A DNA stretch of 63,346 nucleotides, filler included, from Choristocarpus tenellus KU-1152 (GCA_964200185.2; 12 parts of 12 records of this genome joined end to end with filler, not necessarily neighbours in it); one strand, 5' to 3'; positions 34,201-48,300 are shown, numbered from the whole stretch's first letter. Made by a program: numbers and translations. Notes: a model not told the origin generated them from the letters alone.

Positions 34201-37096
34201 TGCTCTCTCTCTCTCTCTCTCTCTCTCACAAACAAATATGATTGTCATTCTTCTCACACAACCAAGTGGCAGGAGAAAAAAGAAAGATGACAGCTTCACG
34301 CCATGCATGCTTGTGTTGTTGTTGCTAGTACCACTGTGGTTCTAGTGTCATGTGTGCTCGAAGCAGCTGCAAGGTTGGGTAGGTGAAATATGATGCATTA
34401 CACACCACGTATCATGCTGTACAAGCTGGATTGTTTTACAGTATTTGCTGAAGATACTCACCCCTTTGCTTGCAAAACAAATACAATGATATGACCCTCC
34501 AGTCTTGTGAGGGAAGTGAAGCAAGATAGGAGCTTGCCTCCAAAACATTTGCCTCCGGCAGGGCCTGTCAACAGCCAAGGGGATATCTTCTCAAGGCTTA
34601 ACTGCTTGCTGGTCATTTCCTAGTGACCCAAACAATTTTTTGCTATTAACCTGCTATGTACGAGAGCTGAATGATTATAATTGTAAATCACAAGTCATCT
34701 CGGTAACAGCGTATTTTTGGGGTCCGAGGTTATCGTGACGAGGATCAGTGCCACACAATAATGTGCGGTGTACCTCCGAGAATTTGTATAAGAAAGGCGT
34801 GTTTGGTGTGCGTAGAAATTTGTTGCTCTTAGTTGCTCTTCGGCTTGCGGTAGACTGGAGTTAGGGTTAGGGTTAGGGTTAGGGTTAGGGTTAGTGATAA
34901 AGAAGCACATTAACTCCAACTAAAACCATAGTATATTCTTTTATTCTTACAGCCAAAAGTGATACAGTGCTGCTCCCACACCTTGGAGAGAGGGTAGCAT
35001 GGAAATATTGTCCGGAGTTTTTTTTAGTTCCTTTACTGCCAGCACTAAATTCAAGGCATATGTTGGTGTGGACTATATCAGGAAGGCGTATTGCTGCTCG
35101 GCGACTAACCCGTCACCCACACTTTTCATTCCGACGGTGCTTTTCGGTGCTGACAGGGGGATGAAGGGGAACACATCCAGATATCTTGAGCATGATTTTC
35201 TTCACCCTTGTCGTTAATTCTGAGTTTTGCAATATTCAGGTTTCAAATTTGTAGGTCATTGGAGCATGCAGGAATGTGACATGTGCTTTCAGGCAACTTT
35301 TGGTTCATTTTTTCCATTGTGTTTTGTTTGGTATCCTCAATCACCCTCAGCTGAAGTTGTTTTACTGTGGTTTCTATCAGGGAGAAGTGCACTGGCCGGT
35401 TCTCCTGCTGTACCCTGAGTATGGACAGTCGGACCTGGTGCAGAGGTTCAATGGGGGAGATTTTTTTGCAGAGCACCTGGCCCAGGCATTTCCCGAAGAA
35501 GGTCCACCTGCTCCTTGGGATGAGAGGTTTGAGTACAGGTGAGCCTACCTTTTGGGGATATTTTGGGGTGGGCATGTTTTGTTGTGTTTTCCTCCACTGG
35601 TAATACAGGGTATGCTGCATAGGTTGTGAGTCTTTACGTAGGGGGGCTTGTGTATGTTTCCAGTCAGATTCAGTACTGCTTGTTCTGGGAAAGGATGTGT
35701 GAGAAGGAATAGATTGTGCGGATGCATGTTTATGTCTGCAGCTACAATAGTACTTGGGTATGTGACACTACTTCTGCACTGGGGTGGGTGTACGGTTGTA
35801 ATTCTTGAGGGTTTAGGGTTAGTCATGAGTGGTAGAAGGTTGGTGAATATATGTACCTCGTGAGGATACGGGTCAGGTAATTACGAGGTACTCTAGGACC
35901 AGACGGGCACAGTTTTGAGGAGATGGCAGGGAATTATCATTTATTTGTTTATCCTTTGTACCGTTTGTGAGTTCGGTGCAACCTTCCCACCATGTATTTG
36001 TGGGGGAGGTCAACTGGAATTGAATGGGGGTAATGGGGGGCAAAGCAGTTGTTGCTTTGAAATGTTAAGTATCATACAAAGGATAGCTGAACTGACACAG
36101 GGATGAAGAGAACCTTGTCTAATCATTTTTTCTTTGGCACATACTTCAAAGTGCATTATTCCACCTTCCAGTGGTGATATCTTCGTTTGTCCTCAACTTG
36201 TGACATTTGCTGTACAGTATTGGGTTTCCAAAGATAGAGGCATGCCTCTGTAGGTGTGGAGCTAGCAATTTTCGTGCTCGAGAGGAGCAACTATACTCTC
36301 TCCTTCACCCCCTCGAAGTGGTTAAGATACCAGTCTGATGGGTTTTTTTTTCAAGTTTAGGGAAGATATCTTGAGACCCAATGCTTTGAAGTAGTACCCC
36401 TAACCCTCCCCTTGTCACATGTTTTTGATTTTCAAAACGCACAACTCCATGCCATGGGCTTCCAATTTCCTGTTGGTGTGGACCAGGTGTACGCAGCTTG
36501 TGATATACTCCCACATCGCTCCTGTTGAACCATTTCCCTCTGTGTATGAGTGGGTTGCTGACTATGAGCGCATGGAGGCTGCCAAGGGTGGAGGTGTGGG
36601 GGATGAAGAAAACAATGAGGACAGGTGATCCACCCATTGTCCCCAGTTCCTTAGAGCATCAGTTCATTAGTTCCATACTTCACATATCGAAAAACTCAGT
36701 CCCCAGTCGACATCCTGTTGACAATGAAGTTGCCCACTGTTTTCTCCTGTATTGCTTGCTACCCTACTCCCCTTGCGCTCCCTATTTCTTGCACTCCTGC
36801 CTGGGATCTGAACTTTTTCTTCTGCTTTTGTATGTGCATGGCCTTGACAACCTGATGCATTTTGTCTATTCAGAGAGGTGCTGCATGGAAAGGCAAGGTC
36901 AGAATCCGTTGACCCAACAGCAGGGCACTGGGCACGGCTACACCCTGGCTGTACTCTAACCCGTGCCTTGTCATTGAATGGGCATGTTGTGGCAGGGATA
37001 ACACCATCTTTCTTCGTTTTCCCAAAGGATTCTGAGGCACACGCAGAATTCCTCCGGGAAAGGCCTGCTGGCAGGGTTTTCGATGTTGAGCCATGA
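31289..37096 (+). CDS. TTC4: TTC4/Cns1-family Hsp70/Hsp90 co-chaperone (TPR repeats plus Wheel domain), complete gene
   Basis: Exons 31289-31414, 31613-31762, 32500-32792, 33161-33236, 33411-33599, 35381-35538, 36487-36624 and 36874-37096 join in frame from ATG to TGA. Motifs: HPLF, A.HFKKLGN..F, AYSEGL, LLSNRAAANLALKNYGS..ADC..AL...P.N.K..YRKA.A, and the Wheel motif VHWPVLLLYPEYGQSD.VQ.F...PWD. Confidence 0.92.
34861..34894 (+). repeat. Interstitial (TTAGGG)5 tract in TTC4 intron 5
   Basis: ttagggttagggttagggttagggttagggttag. Confidence 0.9.
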
Positions 37097-37792
37097 AGGT
37101 CATGATTCTTAGCTGATTTGAGTCATGGCGATGCCTCTCTTGTGGTGACCGGCAAGGCTGGGGGCAAGGCCTCTTAAAGCTGCCTGTACTTAGGTGTAGT
37201 CTCTGAATGAATTGACTCAGACTTGAGTGTAGTGTTGTAGAGTAGAAATTGAAGGTCGCTAAGCCTTTAGCCAATGTGGAAAGTGGTTTCTTGCAGGGGT
37301 AGCATTTTCGGACTTCACACTGCTTGGAGGGTGCAGCAACTGCGATGCAAGGCAGCCAATGCGTGCTGCCTCTTTCCTACATGTCTGTGTGCATGTTGCA
37401 TGTGCGTTGGAGCGTAAAAGAAGGATTTGATAGTATATTTCGACCCTTGACGATGTCCTATGTAATACACCCTGCTCGATTTTGCAGGGTCATCATGATT
37501 GCTTGAAAGTATGTTAGTTGTGGCTTTCATACAATCGCTGTACTCATAACCACCCCTCACCCCCAACCCATCCCAACATTTTCTTATTGGCGTTTTTGTA
37601 GGCATGGTTTTAGAGATTTTAGTACCATTATTTTACCTTCTCTACCTCTACTAGCTTTGAGTTGATTCAGAAATGGCAGTGTCGGCAGTTAGTGTTAAAT
37701 GAGAAATTCGCTTTCACATGATCAGAGTCTTTTGTACCAAAGACAAGATCTTGCACCGAAGACCGCATTCAGGTACAAGGTGGGTCCTAGAT

Positions 37793-37817
37793 GACCCAAA
37801 GTATCTGGGAGGGGGGG
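37793..37817. mobile_element. Left terminus of a CAAAGTATCT-family MITE at a contig end
   Basis: gacccaaagtatctgggagggggg; the same motif occurs at 24867-24882, 46255-46289, 46390-46456 and 57327-57347. Confidence 0.7.
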
Positions 37818-38160
37818 NNNNNNNNNNNNNNNNNNNNNNNNNNNNNNNNNNNNNNNNNNNNTTAATTAATTAANNNNNNNNNNNNNNNNNNNNNNNNNNN
37901 NNNNNNNNNNNNNNNNNGTGTCGCCACAGGTCACCACGCTTCGCCATCACATCACCCTCTTAAAAATCATTCCCCCCCCCACCCCCCCTTCCCTCCAAGA
38001 AAAATCTAAACAAGAACAGAAACATTTAAACTAAAGCACACGTGATAAAACCTACCTATGGCACGAAAACAGGCACAGGCCCAAGGCAAGCAAGCACGAG
38101 CACAATCTCCTCCCACACCCCACCCCTCCTCGACAAACACTCCTCCCACCCCAAACATAC

Positions 38161-41100
38161 CTTGATGCAGCGCAGGACCGTTCCTCGCCTATCAGTCACG
38201 ACCACACTACACTGTCGCAGTCCCCACACCACCAGGTGCCTCTCATTCGCCGGGTTATATGCCAATCCAATAACATCAAACCCCATGGCCACCTTAGACA
38301 CCACGCAGAGGTGACTGCGGTCAGCAGGGGAGTCGGTCATCGCCGACCCTGCCATGTACCTCAGGGCCAGGGCACCCACAGGATCAACCACCATCACATT
38401 CTGCGATTCAGCCATTGCCACACGCCCCAAAGAATCCGCCGCCAGATTACACCGCACCACACCATACATGGCCATGATGGCCTTGTCCTGACGAGCCCGT
38501 GCACCTTCCGACATGAGCCTGACATCCAGAGTCCCATTCCTCAGCAGCCTTGCAGGGACAAGCACTGAGTCTACCCCAGCAGAGCAAATGCGTAGCAACT
38601 GTGACTGCGACCTGACATCACCATAACCATCATTACTACTTCTACTACTTCTACTACTTCCATCGCCAGCGCTGCCTTTCGAGACAAAGCTTTTGCGAGC
38701 AGTGAGTCCCCCAAGGCAGAGAGACTCCCAGGGTCGGACGCTATGGACCCTGTAGTCACTGTTGCCCCCACTCCTTCCTGGGGCCATCAGAACATCAAGC
38801 GACGCAACTAGCTGTGAGTGTGCGACATGAAGGTCCGCAAGCAGGACCTGACCCACCACTCGACCTGACAGGAGAGCTCCAGTTTCGCCCACAGGCGCCT
38901 CAACACCTTCCCCTCCACCAAGCAGCAAGGAGCGCAGCTCATTGATCTGGCCTGGTGTCCAATCCAAGGCACCCCACGGCTGCACGTGGTGCACATCATC
39001 ATTGCCACCAATCTTACTGTCACCAGCAACAACAGATTTAACACCACCCTCTACCTCAGGCAAGGTCAAACCCTGGAGAACGCCACGCACAGAGGATGAT
39101 GAGACCTCAGGTAAGCCAGCTGCCCCCTGCCCAACCCCACCGCTGCAACCCACCATCCCAGGGTGGTCAATTAAGGCGCTCAACTCCTCCGATGTGCGCT
39201 CCTTGAGGCACATGCAACTGTTGTAGGACCGATCCCCAGGTGATGAGGGGCCTCCTGCACCAGTTGAGGTAGTACCAGTGTTCACCCCAGCGGAGGAAGA
39301 GGCAGGCGATCCCTCAAGGGAGGGTGAAGGACTCGCCTCGCCCCTTCCACCACAGTCACAAAAGAAGCAGGAACGCCTCGCATAGGCCACCATGTGGCCC
39401 CGGTGGCAAACACGCACACAAAGGCTGCAACAGCCTTTCTCCTGCACCAGACCACACGTGTAACAGTGGTACCAGTGTTGGTTCACAAACCTCATATGCG
39501 TTGCAGCAAATGTGCAGACCTTGGGCATCTCTGCAAGCCTTCTAGCAGCAATAACAGCAGCAGGATGGGCTGTGGGCATTGAGCGACTTCCCCACCCAGG
39601 GAAAGAGACTCGGCCCACTCCTTTGGTATTTCCTGCTCCTTCCTCAGCACCATCAACTGCGATTCCCCAAGGGGCCAACCAGTGGGAGGTGTCTGGCATG
39701 AGAGTATCACCTTCCTCATTGCCTGAGCAATCCATACGACCTACCCGAGATGCCTCACAAGCAGGCCTAAGGACTGCCTCCACCAGTCTAAGGCAACAGG
39801 CTAAGGACACAATCACTTTCTTAGGCATTGGCACAACAGACAACGCCGTCTTCACCCCACCAGCCCCATCCACATTACTTGCCCCCAATTGTTCGGCTGC
39901 CTCCTTTGCAACAAGAACCAGGGTGCGCAATAGTTCAGGGAGTCGCCTCTGTCGGGAGGCTAGCCACAGGGCAAGATCAGCTGCCGTTACATTATTCTCC
40001 CTACCCAATGCATCCTCACTGCAAAGGCGAGCCCCATAACATCCAACCTCAGAGAGACATATCGTCCCAACCCACAATCCTGCCCGTTCCAACAACTCAT
40101 CCAGAATGCAGTTTCCGAGACCTGGTACAACCTGGGGGTCCTTTGGCATTGATACCCTACCTGGTCTCCTTCCCTTGTTGGGATACCCCAGAACCAACGC
40201 AAGGACCACAAGGGCATCAAGTCCAACTGTAGTTGGCACCGCCGGCCCAAACACTGGAAATGAAAGTGGTGTCCCCGCAGGCAAAGGACTCTCTTCCACT
40301 TGGGGATGACAAGAAGCAGATTGAACTGCTACATCAACCAGCTTGCTGATTGCCTCCGACGGTAGCTCCTTCACTGCACTCACAATAGGGTGAACTTCAG
40401 TCACAGTAAGAGGTGGAAGCATTCCAGTTGGGGTGGGACTTCGCCCCCCAGAAGGCTTTGCACCTTCCCTGACTTGCAGTGGCCCTGCAGGTGTCAAGGC
40501 TGCTACCCTCACACACTCTAGGGCAGCCCTCACCACAGCCAGTGCCTTGGGTAGATAGGTCTTTACCCCTGAACACAAAGACAGCATATTCGTCAGGGTA
40601 GATGCCTCCCCAGTTGGAAGCACACCAGGAGCACAACCTCGGCCAGCCTGATCCCCCCTGCCACTCCCACTGTAGTAGCGTAGCACATGGGAAGCCATTA
40701 GAGGCGTTTGAAGGGCCTTGAGGAGGCAGTCTAGACCTTCACTCGCAGCTGTCTGACTGCACACCCGAAAGAAGAACTTGAAACCCGCCAGATCAATCGG
40801 CGACCTGAAAGTCCCTGCCTCAATTGGCACTACCCTCCCCCAATCCGCATCTCCTATTCCCAGACCCAATACATTGTTGACACTACCAGTCCCAACCTCT
40901 GAAGTTGCCATACGAATGAGGGTGTCCATCCGACGCACCTCCCAGGCCTTCTCCACATCAAGAATGCCCTCCTCATGATGGACTAACTTCTGCAGTGCTC
41001 GGCGGGCAAACGGGTGCAGGATCCCGAGCCAGCTGTCCACAACCACCTCCCCACAAAGTTCAACCACAAGTCCAGAGAGATGCTCATCCTTCAACCCTAA

Positions 41101-42765
41101 CCTACGCCCAACACCTCCCGCCTGTGACTTCTCCCTAGAACCCCCAGTCAGCTCAGATAGCGGAGTTGACTGGCTTGGCACTGTGGCCAAGGCCTCAACA
41201 AGGGAATTCACAACAAGAAAGATTGACTCAACCATATTCCGGGCAGATACGCAAAGCTTAGTCATAGCCACAGCTATCTCATTGATTCCCTGCCTTTTAA
41301 GACCACCATCGCCAATGGCCCCCTCCTCCTGTGTGTCCTCCGCTTCCTCACCACCCTCCCCATGCCCAGTCCCCGCATCTGCCTTTGCTGGGGAGCAACC
41401 TGAGGCACCAAGCACACTACACCACACTGCCTCATTCATCATGAACTCCCACTGCCGTGTGGGATCCACAACAGCATTGGCAGCTCGGCTCCCACTGCCG
41501 AAGTCACTGCCACTTTTCACGATGTCACGACCGAGGTTTCTCCCAGTCCCCTCAGGCTCCTGGTAACATCCAGACATTATTCCAGCTCGCGAAGGAATTG
41601 TCATTGACGATATGCAGGCCCGCCGGTGCCACGGCATAGTTGCAGTGCGAGCACCCTCTACTGGGAGCTCCAGTTCCGTATGAAGCTCCAATAGCATCCA
41701 ACTGTTGAACCCCAGCGCTGACAAACTCGACACAGCCCCTGGTGAACTATTTCCAAACAGGAGGGCAAGTGACGCGGCCAGTTGTGCCCGAGAGTGTGTC
41801 CCTGCACCCACAGCCCCAGCAACACTGTTGTCGCTTGCACCCTCACCCTGAGAGCTGGTCTCAGCTTCCCCCCCTCCACCTCTATCATGCCCTACCATTG
41901 TATCACCCTGCATTTCATACATGGCTGTAAGCCCTGAATGAACCACCTGCCGATAGTGGTTGATGGCAATCCGAGCCATTCCCAGGACATCCTTTAGAGT
42001 CTCTGCAATGTTACCACCAATATCACTACCACTACCAACATCACTTGCTTCCGAGCCAGACCCATGAATGACAGATGCCCACCCCTCAGGCTTGCCCTCA
42101 GAGGCAGAAGCTACTGCAGCCCGGAAATAGATTGCCACTGCCTCCACAAGACCATGGGCAAGGTACAACCGTGAGATCTCCGCCGGCACAGGTACAGTTG
42201 TCGTGGAGGGGAGACTTGCTGCCCCTGCTGCTGCACCCGCTGTTGAGAAGACAAGCGCCCCTGTGTCAAGCCACACAGGCAGCCCAGTGCGTACTGCAGA
42301 CATCACAGCTTCAAATCTTGATGATCTCAGTTGCATTGACTGCATTGAAATGTTTTGCAGGCCTATCAGACACGCACGTATTCTGCACATGCCCTCCACA
42401 CCCGGCTCCAGGCCTGGCTTTCGTTTCCACCCTCCTTTTACCCCCCTCCCCTCCTCGCCTCGCCCTACTCCTTCCTGTTCCCCTGCTCCTGGTAGATGCA
42501 GCTGAGGCAGCTGTGCATCTTTCTCTCGTGGCATCCCCTCTAGTGCAAGACTGTGCAGCGGCATGGATCCAAGCAGCCTCCAAGCACAGAAAAAGAGCCG
42601 CCCTGAATCTCCGGTCCAGGAAAGACGTGACCCAGCCTGTAGCGCAACCAGAAGGCTCTCCTTCAAACCCCCCCAACCCTCAGAGGACTCCCTGGCAAAT
42701 CCCGGGATTGTTACTACAGAGGAGCAGGAACCTGCCCACCCCTCAAACCATGCCCTTGCCCCCAT
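38161..42765 (-). CDS. UBR4: UBR4/BIG (p600)-family E3 ligase, one large internal exon (partial)
   Basis: Stop-free frame of >1500 codons with a UBR-box zinc finger CTFAATHMRFVNQHWYHCYTCGLVQEKGCCSLCVRVCHRGHMVAYARRSCFFCDCG (~39516-39352). It is followed by the UBR4/BIG-type beta-propeller start (MGFDVIGLAYNPANERHLVVWGLRQCSVV). Splice donor AAG|gtatgt at 38161/38160; the 5' end is cut by the contig end. Confidence 0.9.
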
Positions 42766-44329
42766 NNNNNNNNNNNNNNNNNNNNNNNNNNNNNNNNNNN
42801 NNNNNNNNNTTAATTAATTAANNNNNNNNNNNNNNNNNNNNNNNNNNNNNNNNNNNNNNNNNNNNCCACATTCTTGTCCTGTGCCCCCAGCCAACCAGAA
42901 TTCTACCGCCCACAAAACTCAGTTTACTTCATAAACTCTCACTAATACTTTGTAGTACGAAAAACTATTTACACATCCCTTATGGAGAAGGCGTCACCAC
43001 TATTGGAGAAGACCTAGAACCCTCTGGGAACTTGGTCTGGGCTCCTGTTTTAACTCAATGTTGAAAAGTATACTTCCATGGGCTTCCCTGAGGAAAAGTA
43101 TGGTCATGGACTCTCTTTCTTTCCAGAAACATACCACATCTAATGCCCACCCTGGACTAAAACATGTGCATGCATCCCACCATACTACGAATAACACGTG
43201 AAAATACGAATTGTTGAATGTTATCCTGGTAAGGCTACTGTGATTGTAGCATCAATCACCGTACGCGATCATGAGTTTATACCCTGGACGTACTTGTCAC
43301 CAAAAGAATTAAGGTGTATCTCGAACCGAGTCAAACCGTCCAGCTCTTGTTGTTGAGAAGCCACTGGAGTTGCCCAACCTCCCCCGGTGATCATTTAGAA
43401 TTAGAGGTGTGATAGTGGACCCCCACTTACAGTTGCTGTGTGACCAAAGACTCCATGGGCACTTGTGTGGATGAGTTATTAAGTAGTATCCTCCCTCAAC
43501 ATCAAACAACGTCAAACATTAAAGGAAGCAAAACCTTCGTCGTCCACACGCATGATGTGTCGCAACGCATAAAATACTCCTGGATATTTATTGTTATGGG
43601 GTCAGAGAACAAACCGACTGTGTAATGGAACAAAAATAGTGCGTACGATATCGCCACAAGGAAAAAGAAACCACCACTCCACAGGAAGAGCTCCTCTCGA
43701 CACAGATTCAAAATGATGAAGTTGTCTCGGCCTTCTCCACTCAAGCTTTGCATGGTGTCTGGTGCAAGATCGAACGTACCCCCAAAACGAATGGGTATGT
43801 GTTCAGGAGAGAGGACTGCTTCGTGAATGCATGAGGAATAGGCTGTATTATTACTGTGAAGGCTTTTGATGCGATTCAAGAAATCCTCTACGTAAAGACT
43901 GTGGACTACTCATAGGGAAATGGACGAATACATACTTGCTTACAATGTGCATGGTGTAAAGAGTTTCCATGATGTCAACAAGTGTTGAAAAGGTATTACA
44001 TAATATAGAGAACACACATCCCCTTTTGAGATTTCATCCTGGACATCAAGAGGAGAGCAAGACAATTCCAATCTCCATCTTCCTTGTCTAACCTGACTAC
44101 TTAATTCCTTGTTTTCCACTTATGGGTTGCCCTCATCCGTACTTTCTTTTTGCTTTACTCTAGAAAGCAAATCCTCATAATCTATATCAGAGGGGCGTGG
44201 GTTTATGTCTTCACTGATGATTCTTGCAGTGTGTCCAGGAGGTTTGATCTTACTCCGAGTAGACGTCACATCCTATGGAGGAGACTCCCCCGCTCAATCT
44301 AGAAGCAATACTTATCCTGCCATCGATTA

Positions 44330-46200
44330 CTGGACTACAACAGATCTTCCACAGCAAATGGACAGGAGGTAACTGTATTTGGGAAACATTACCGAAAGCA
44401 ACGAGATGGCAATGTTCTTCGAATTTGCTGTCATTCGAATTTTCCTTCCAAGAGCGTTCATTCCAAAGTCATACAGAAAATTATATGTGAGATGTGCGCA
44501 GCTACAATAACCTGTTTTGCAAGCGACTGGAGGGTGATGTGAAGAACAGCGGACGTCCCATTCTGCATTCAAGTCTGAATTTATGGATAAGCAAGATGTC
44601 CAAAGAGAATTTTGTTGGTGAGTTGAATAGTAATGCTCTTTTATCACTGCCAGAGCTACTTCTGGTACATACTGTACATTAAGAAGTATGTATCTGTTCC
44701 AGGATATGTGAGTAGAGCGCCCAGTGTGTGAGTGTTTAATAGTATTCATAGAGTGATGGTGAATTATATACAAAGTTATCTTTGGAGTCACATGCACCAA
44801 CTATAGGAAATCCGCATATTTGATTTGAAAACCTATGCACCGTTACCCATATGTTTTATGAAATGTTAACTGATCAATGACAACTAGTGTGTTTTGTTTT
44901 TATCACACTGAGAGATTGAAGCTGATCATCTTCACTTGCATGAGATGCTCAAAGTCCTTGCTTCTTCAACCATTCCTCTTCTCCCTGCCCTGTTTCTGAC
45001 CTGTGTCACTTCCAGATATTCGGGTCTATTGACTAGAGGCAGACTTCACCTTGACAACGGCCCCACTGGCTGTCAAATCTTTCTAGCCAGCGGCCGATCT
45101 CATTGATGGTGCTATGTTGTCTGATGTTCTTCTTGTCTGGCTGGTTAAGGCTCTGGAAGAGTTCAATTTCCAAACCGAAAATCTGTTTTGCATGGTGACT
45201 GATGCTGGATCTCATGTGAAGAAACCCTGAATGAAGATGAACACCAAGTGGGGCTGGTGTCTGCGCCATCTGATTGATTGTGCTTTGATTGAGGTATGCT
45301 GAGCTATCAACATATTTTTCTATGATATGGGCTGTTTTATCCTCTTGGTGGTACGTGGTGTAGACCAGCAGAAAAATCACCTACCCTTGAGCTACTTCAC
45401 CAAACACTTATCCTTCAGGCACTCAACAGTTGATAATATTCCTGCGTCCAGTAAGATGAGATGGGTGATGCAAACATCGCCTACAAACAAATATTTGACA
45501 TATACATATATCGAAATTGTGATCTTACCATGCCTTGCAGACATTTGGAACGACACGAGATGTGAATAAGTAGAGGAACAACGCCCCAAACAGGGTAATC
45601 CAAGGAGTGAATAAGGTTGTTGAGCATCTCAACAGATCTCCTGACGCCGGGGTAAGCCCTTCCCCATTCTGTTGGGATGTGAATATTGGCATAATAGCTA
45701 ATCGCCCATAAAAATATACTTCGAAGCATATATATATATATGTTTTATTGTTGGAAGGAGCACAGAAATCAATCAATATGGACTTCGCCCCCAATCAATG
45801 TAAATTCTTCTACTATTTTTCTATTTATATCTACTTCTTTTTTTACTGCTTTTTTAGCAATTTTGACCCCAACCTCGCATCATAGTTGCCTTGATGTATG
45901 TCAGGTAAAGTTCGAACACATTCAACTGGACTTCAATGAAAAAACAACAAAACTTGACAACGCTGTTCCCCAGCAATGGGTTTCAAACTGCAAGGTGCTG
46001 CATACTGTTCTCCCAAACTGACATGCTCTTGAGGAGCATTATGCGAGAAACGAGAGTTGGGGCACCTTTCCGATAAATGCTGACGGGGTGAACATTGAGG
46101 AACATTTCTCCCTAATGAACCTGTTTGTCAACCTCAATCAATCGACACAGACAGGAGACTAGTGTGCCGACAGAAGAACTAGAAAGTTTGTTGACATTCA
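44330..46200 (+). mobile_element. Decayed intron-containing hAT-family transposase
   Basis: LEEFNF...LFCMVTDAGSHVKK...WGWCLRHLIDCALIE (TD.GS and C-x2-H motifs, ~45090-45293), intron 45294-45540, TFGT...VIQGVNKVVEHLNRS (45541-45651), intron 45652-45904, then KLDNAVPQQWVS..KVL..VL (degenerate RW.S motif). In-frame stops present; 5' limit approximate. Confidence 0.7.
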
Positions 46201-47101
46201 ATTCCACTCCATTCCTCGGTTATAAAGGAAGGAACAACACTTTCTTTTTCTTCAGGGTCAAAGTATCTAGGGGGGGGGGGTGCCGGCGTNNNNNNNNNNN
46301 NNNNNNNNNNNNNNNNNNNNNNNNNNNNNNNNNTTAATTAATTAANNNNNNNNNNNNNNNNNNNNNNNNNNNNNNNNNNNNNNNNNNNNCCTGGTCAGGG
46401 ACCAAATGGACACCCTGGCGTAGACCCCCCCCCACCACCACAAGATACTTTGAGTCAATACACTTCAGAAAACTTCAAATTACTTCAAAATATTTACCTA
46501 CTACACCAACAGTAAATACCACATATCTTGAGTCCTGTACCACTCCCAACCGCACAACCAATAACCCACACAAGTGTCTTGATATACACTCTTTGCCGGC
46601 ATGTGCTTCCACGTGTAAAATCGTAAAACATCGTTGTTTTTTCACATCTCTAATAGCTCCATACCATGTGCTACCTGTTGACGTTCTATTTTCCACTCGT
46701 ACCACCAGAGGCTTCTTGGCCTCAGCTCTCAACTCGTACTTACAATACTTGCAAGGGTTATGGCCATAAGCCTGTCTATTACTCTCGAGTAGTTTCTGTA
46801 ATAGGAACATAGTATAAAAAAGTAGTATATAATTATATTTCATATTAGTGATGGTAATAGTAGTAGCAGGAGCAACAGTGCTACAAAACGCTTTGCAAGC
46901 TTACCATGATGGGATGTGCAGCTCCAATCCGTAAGGATGCATGGGGTACATGAAGCTCGTACAAGGCTCCATGATGCACAAGTCGTCAAGTATGCTGGAT
47001 TTCTCACTTCGATTATTCACTTCATAGACATCAACCATATGAGAAGGAAATGGCCAAGAATGTCCGATCTCAATGAGGGACCGTATGTTACAGGTAGTAT
47101 G

Positions 47102-47511
47102 TCTTGATGGCGGTTTCATAAACACCATTATGACATTGANNNNNNNNNNACATTGAAGTTCTAGATTTGATATATTTGTACTTCTTGATTATTTATTTAT
47201 TATTTTGTCATTATGGTCTCCGATTGTGATAAGACATCGTTGATCGGTTCCTTTCTTATACATACGATGATATTGATGATAATTCAAGCGAGAGATCCAG
47301 CATACCTGACGACTTGTGCATCAGGAGTCCTATACGTACATCAGTATAATCTACAAGCCTGTAGATTGGAGCTATACATCCTGTGGAGGTAAGCTTTCGG
47401 GAGCGCCTATAACACATATTGACCAAATAGTAAATAAACAGTCAAGAAGTACAAACATATAAAACCTAGGACTTCAAGGTCATAATGGTGTTTACGAAAC
47501 CACCATCAAGA
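47102..47511. mobile_element. Foldback/MITE-like element with ~100-bp inverted arms
   Basis: tcttgatggcggtttcataaacaccattatgac...gaagttctag...tttgtacttcttga is mirrored by tcaagaagtacaaa...ctaggacttcaaggtcataatggtgtttacgaaaccaccatcaaga. Confidence 0.85.
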
Positions 47512-47559
47512 AAAAAACAACAGAACAAAATCAACACAATATGTGATGCAACTCAAGTG

Positions 47560-48300
47560 ACGTATGCTGCACTATACTATTTGTGTGGAACGCAGAGCGA
47601 CTGTTCTGTACTAAGATGTTCTGGTTGTAGTTGATGTGGCGATGACGAACTAGTGAAAGTAACGTCCAGAACGTAACAGACCAATTAACAGTCAGTGCTG
47701 ACTGATGGAACTGTATCGTATCAAGGAACAAACATATGAGTAGCCTATGTTTTAACACTCCACCCAATCATTATTCTGACGATGGGTTTATGGGAGGGGG
47801 CAACACATCAGGGGCCGCGAGGAAAGGAGCAGCATATTCAGTGTTCGCGATTTCTCCACCGCCATACTCTCAAGTAGCTGACAAGTTTGCAAGCTTAAGA
47901 AAGAACCGCCAAGGAGTGCAGCATGAACGATGTTTCGTACCATCTCCAGAGAACAGAGCTGGCTTGGCTCAGTGCAATCGGGTCAAGGGAAATCAAACAA
48001 GCGGACATCCGCAATTTTTTTAGCTGGTGCGATTTTTTAATTAGTGAATAAGTTGTTTTGCTCAGTGCATGTGATGGGGGGTTCATGGCGGTGCAGCTGC
48101 ATTTGATCCACGGTGGCGTTTTTGATACTGTACTGTTTAATATCCTTGAATAGTGCAATTGAATAAGTAGGGCAGGGCATCTGAGGGAGATTGACTTTGA
48201 ACACGTTGTTGATTTGATTTGAACTGGAAGTCATCTGTCCAGTCATCCAATGGCTTGCAGATGCTTTTCTTTGGAAGATGTACTATACATATGAGTGAAT
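47560..48300 (-). mobile_element. Possible highly decayed hAT (DUF659-like) transposase relic
   Basis: Minus-strand LDDWTD near 48250 followed by SNQINNVF.VN.P and a later FW..L, loosely like the DGWTD...I.NF.V motif. Heavily frameshifted. Confidence 0.35.

Noticed and set aside
38042-42821. Many plus-strand ORFs overlapping the UBR4 exon
   Set aside because: Antisense shadows of a long GC-rich coding exon.
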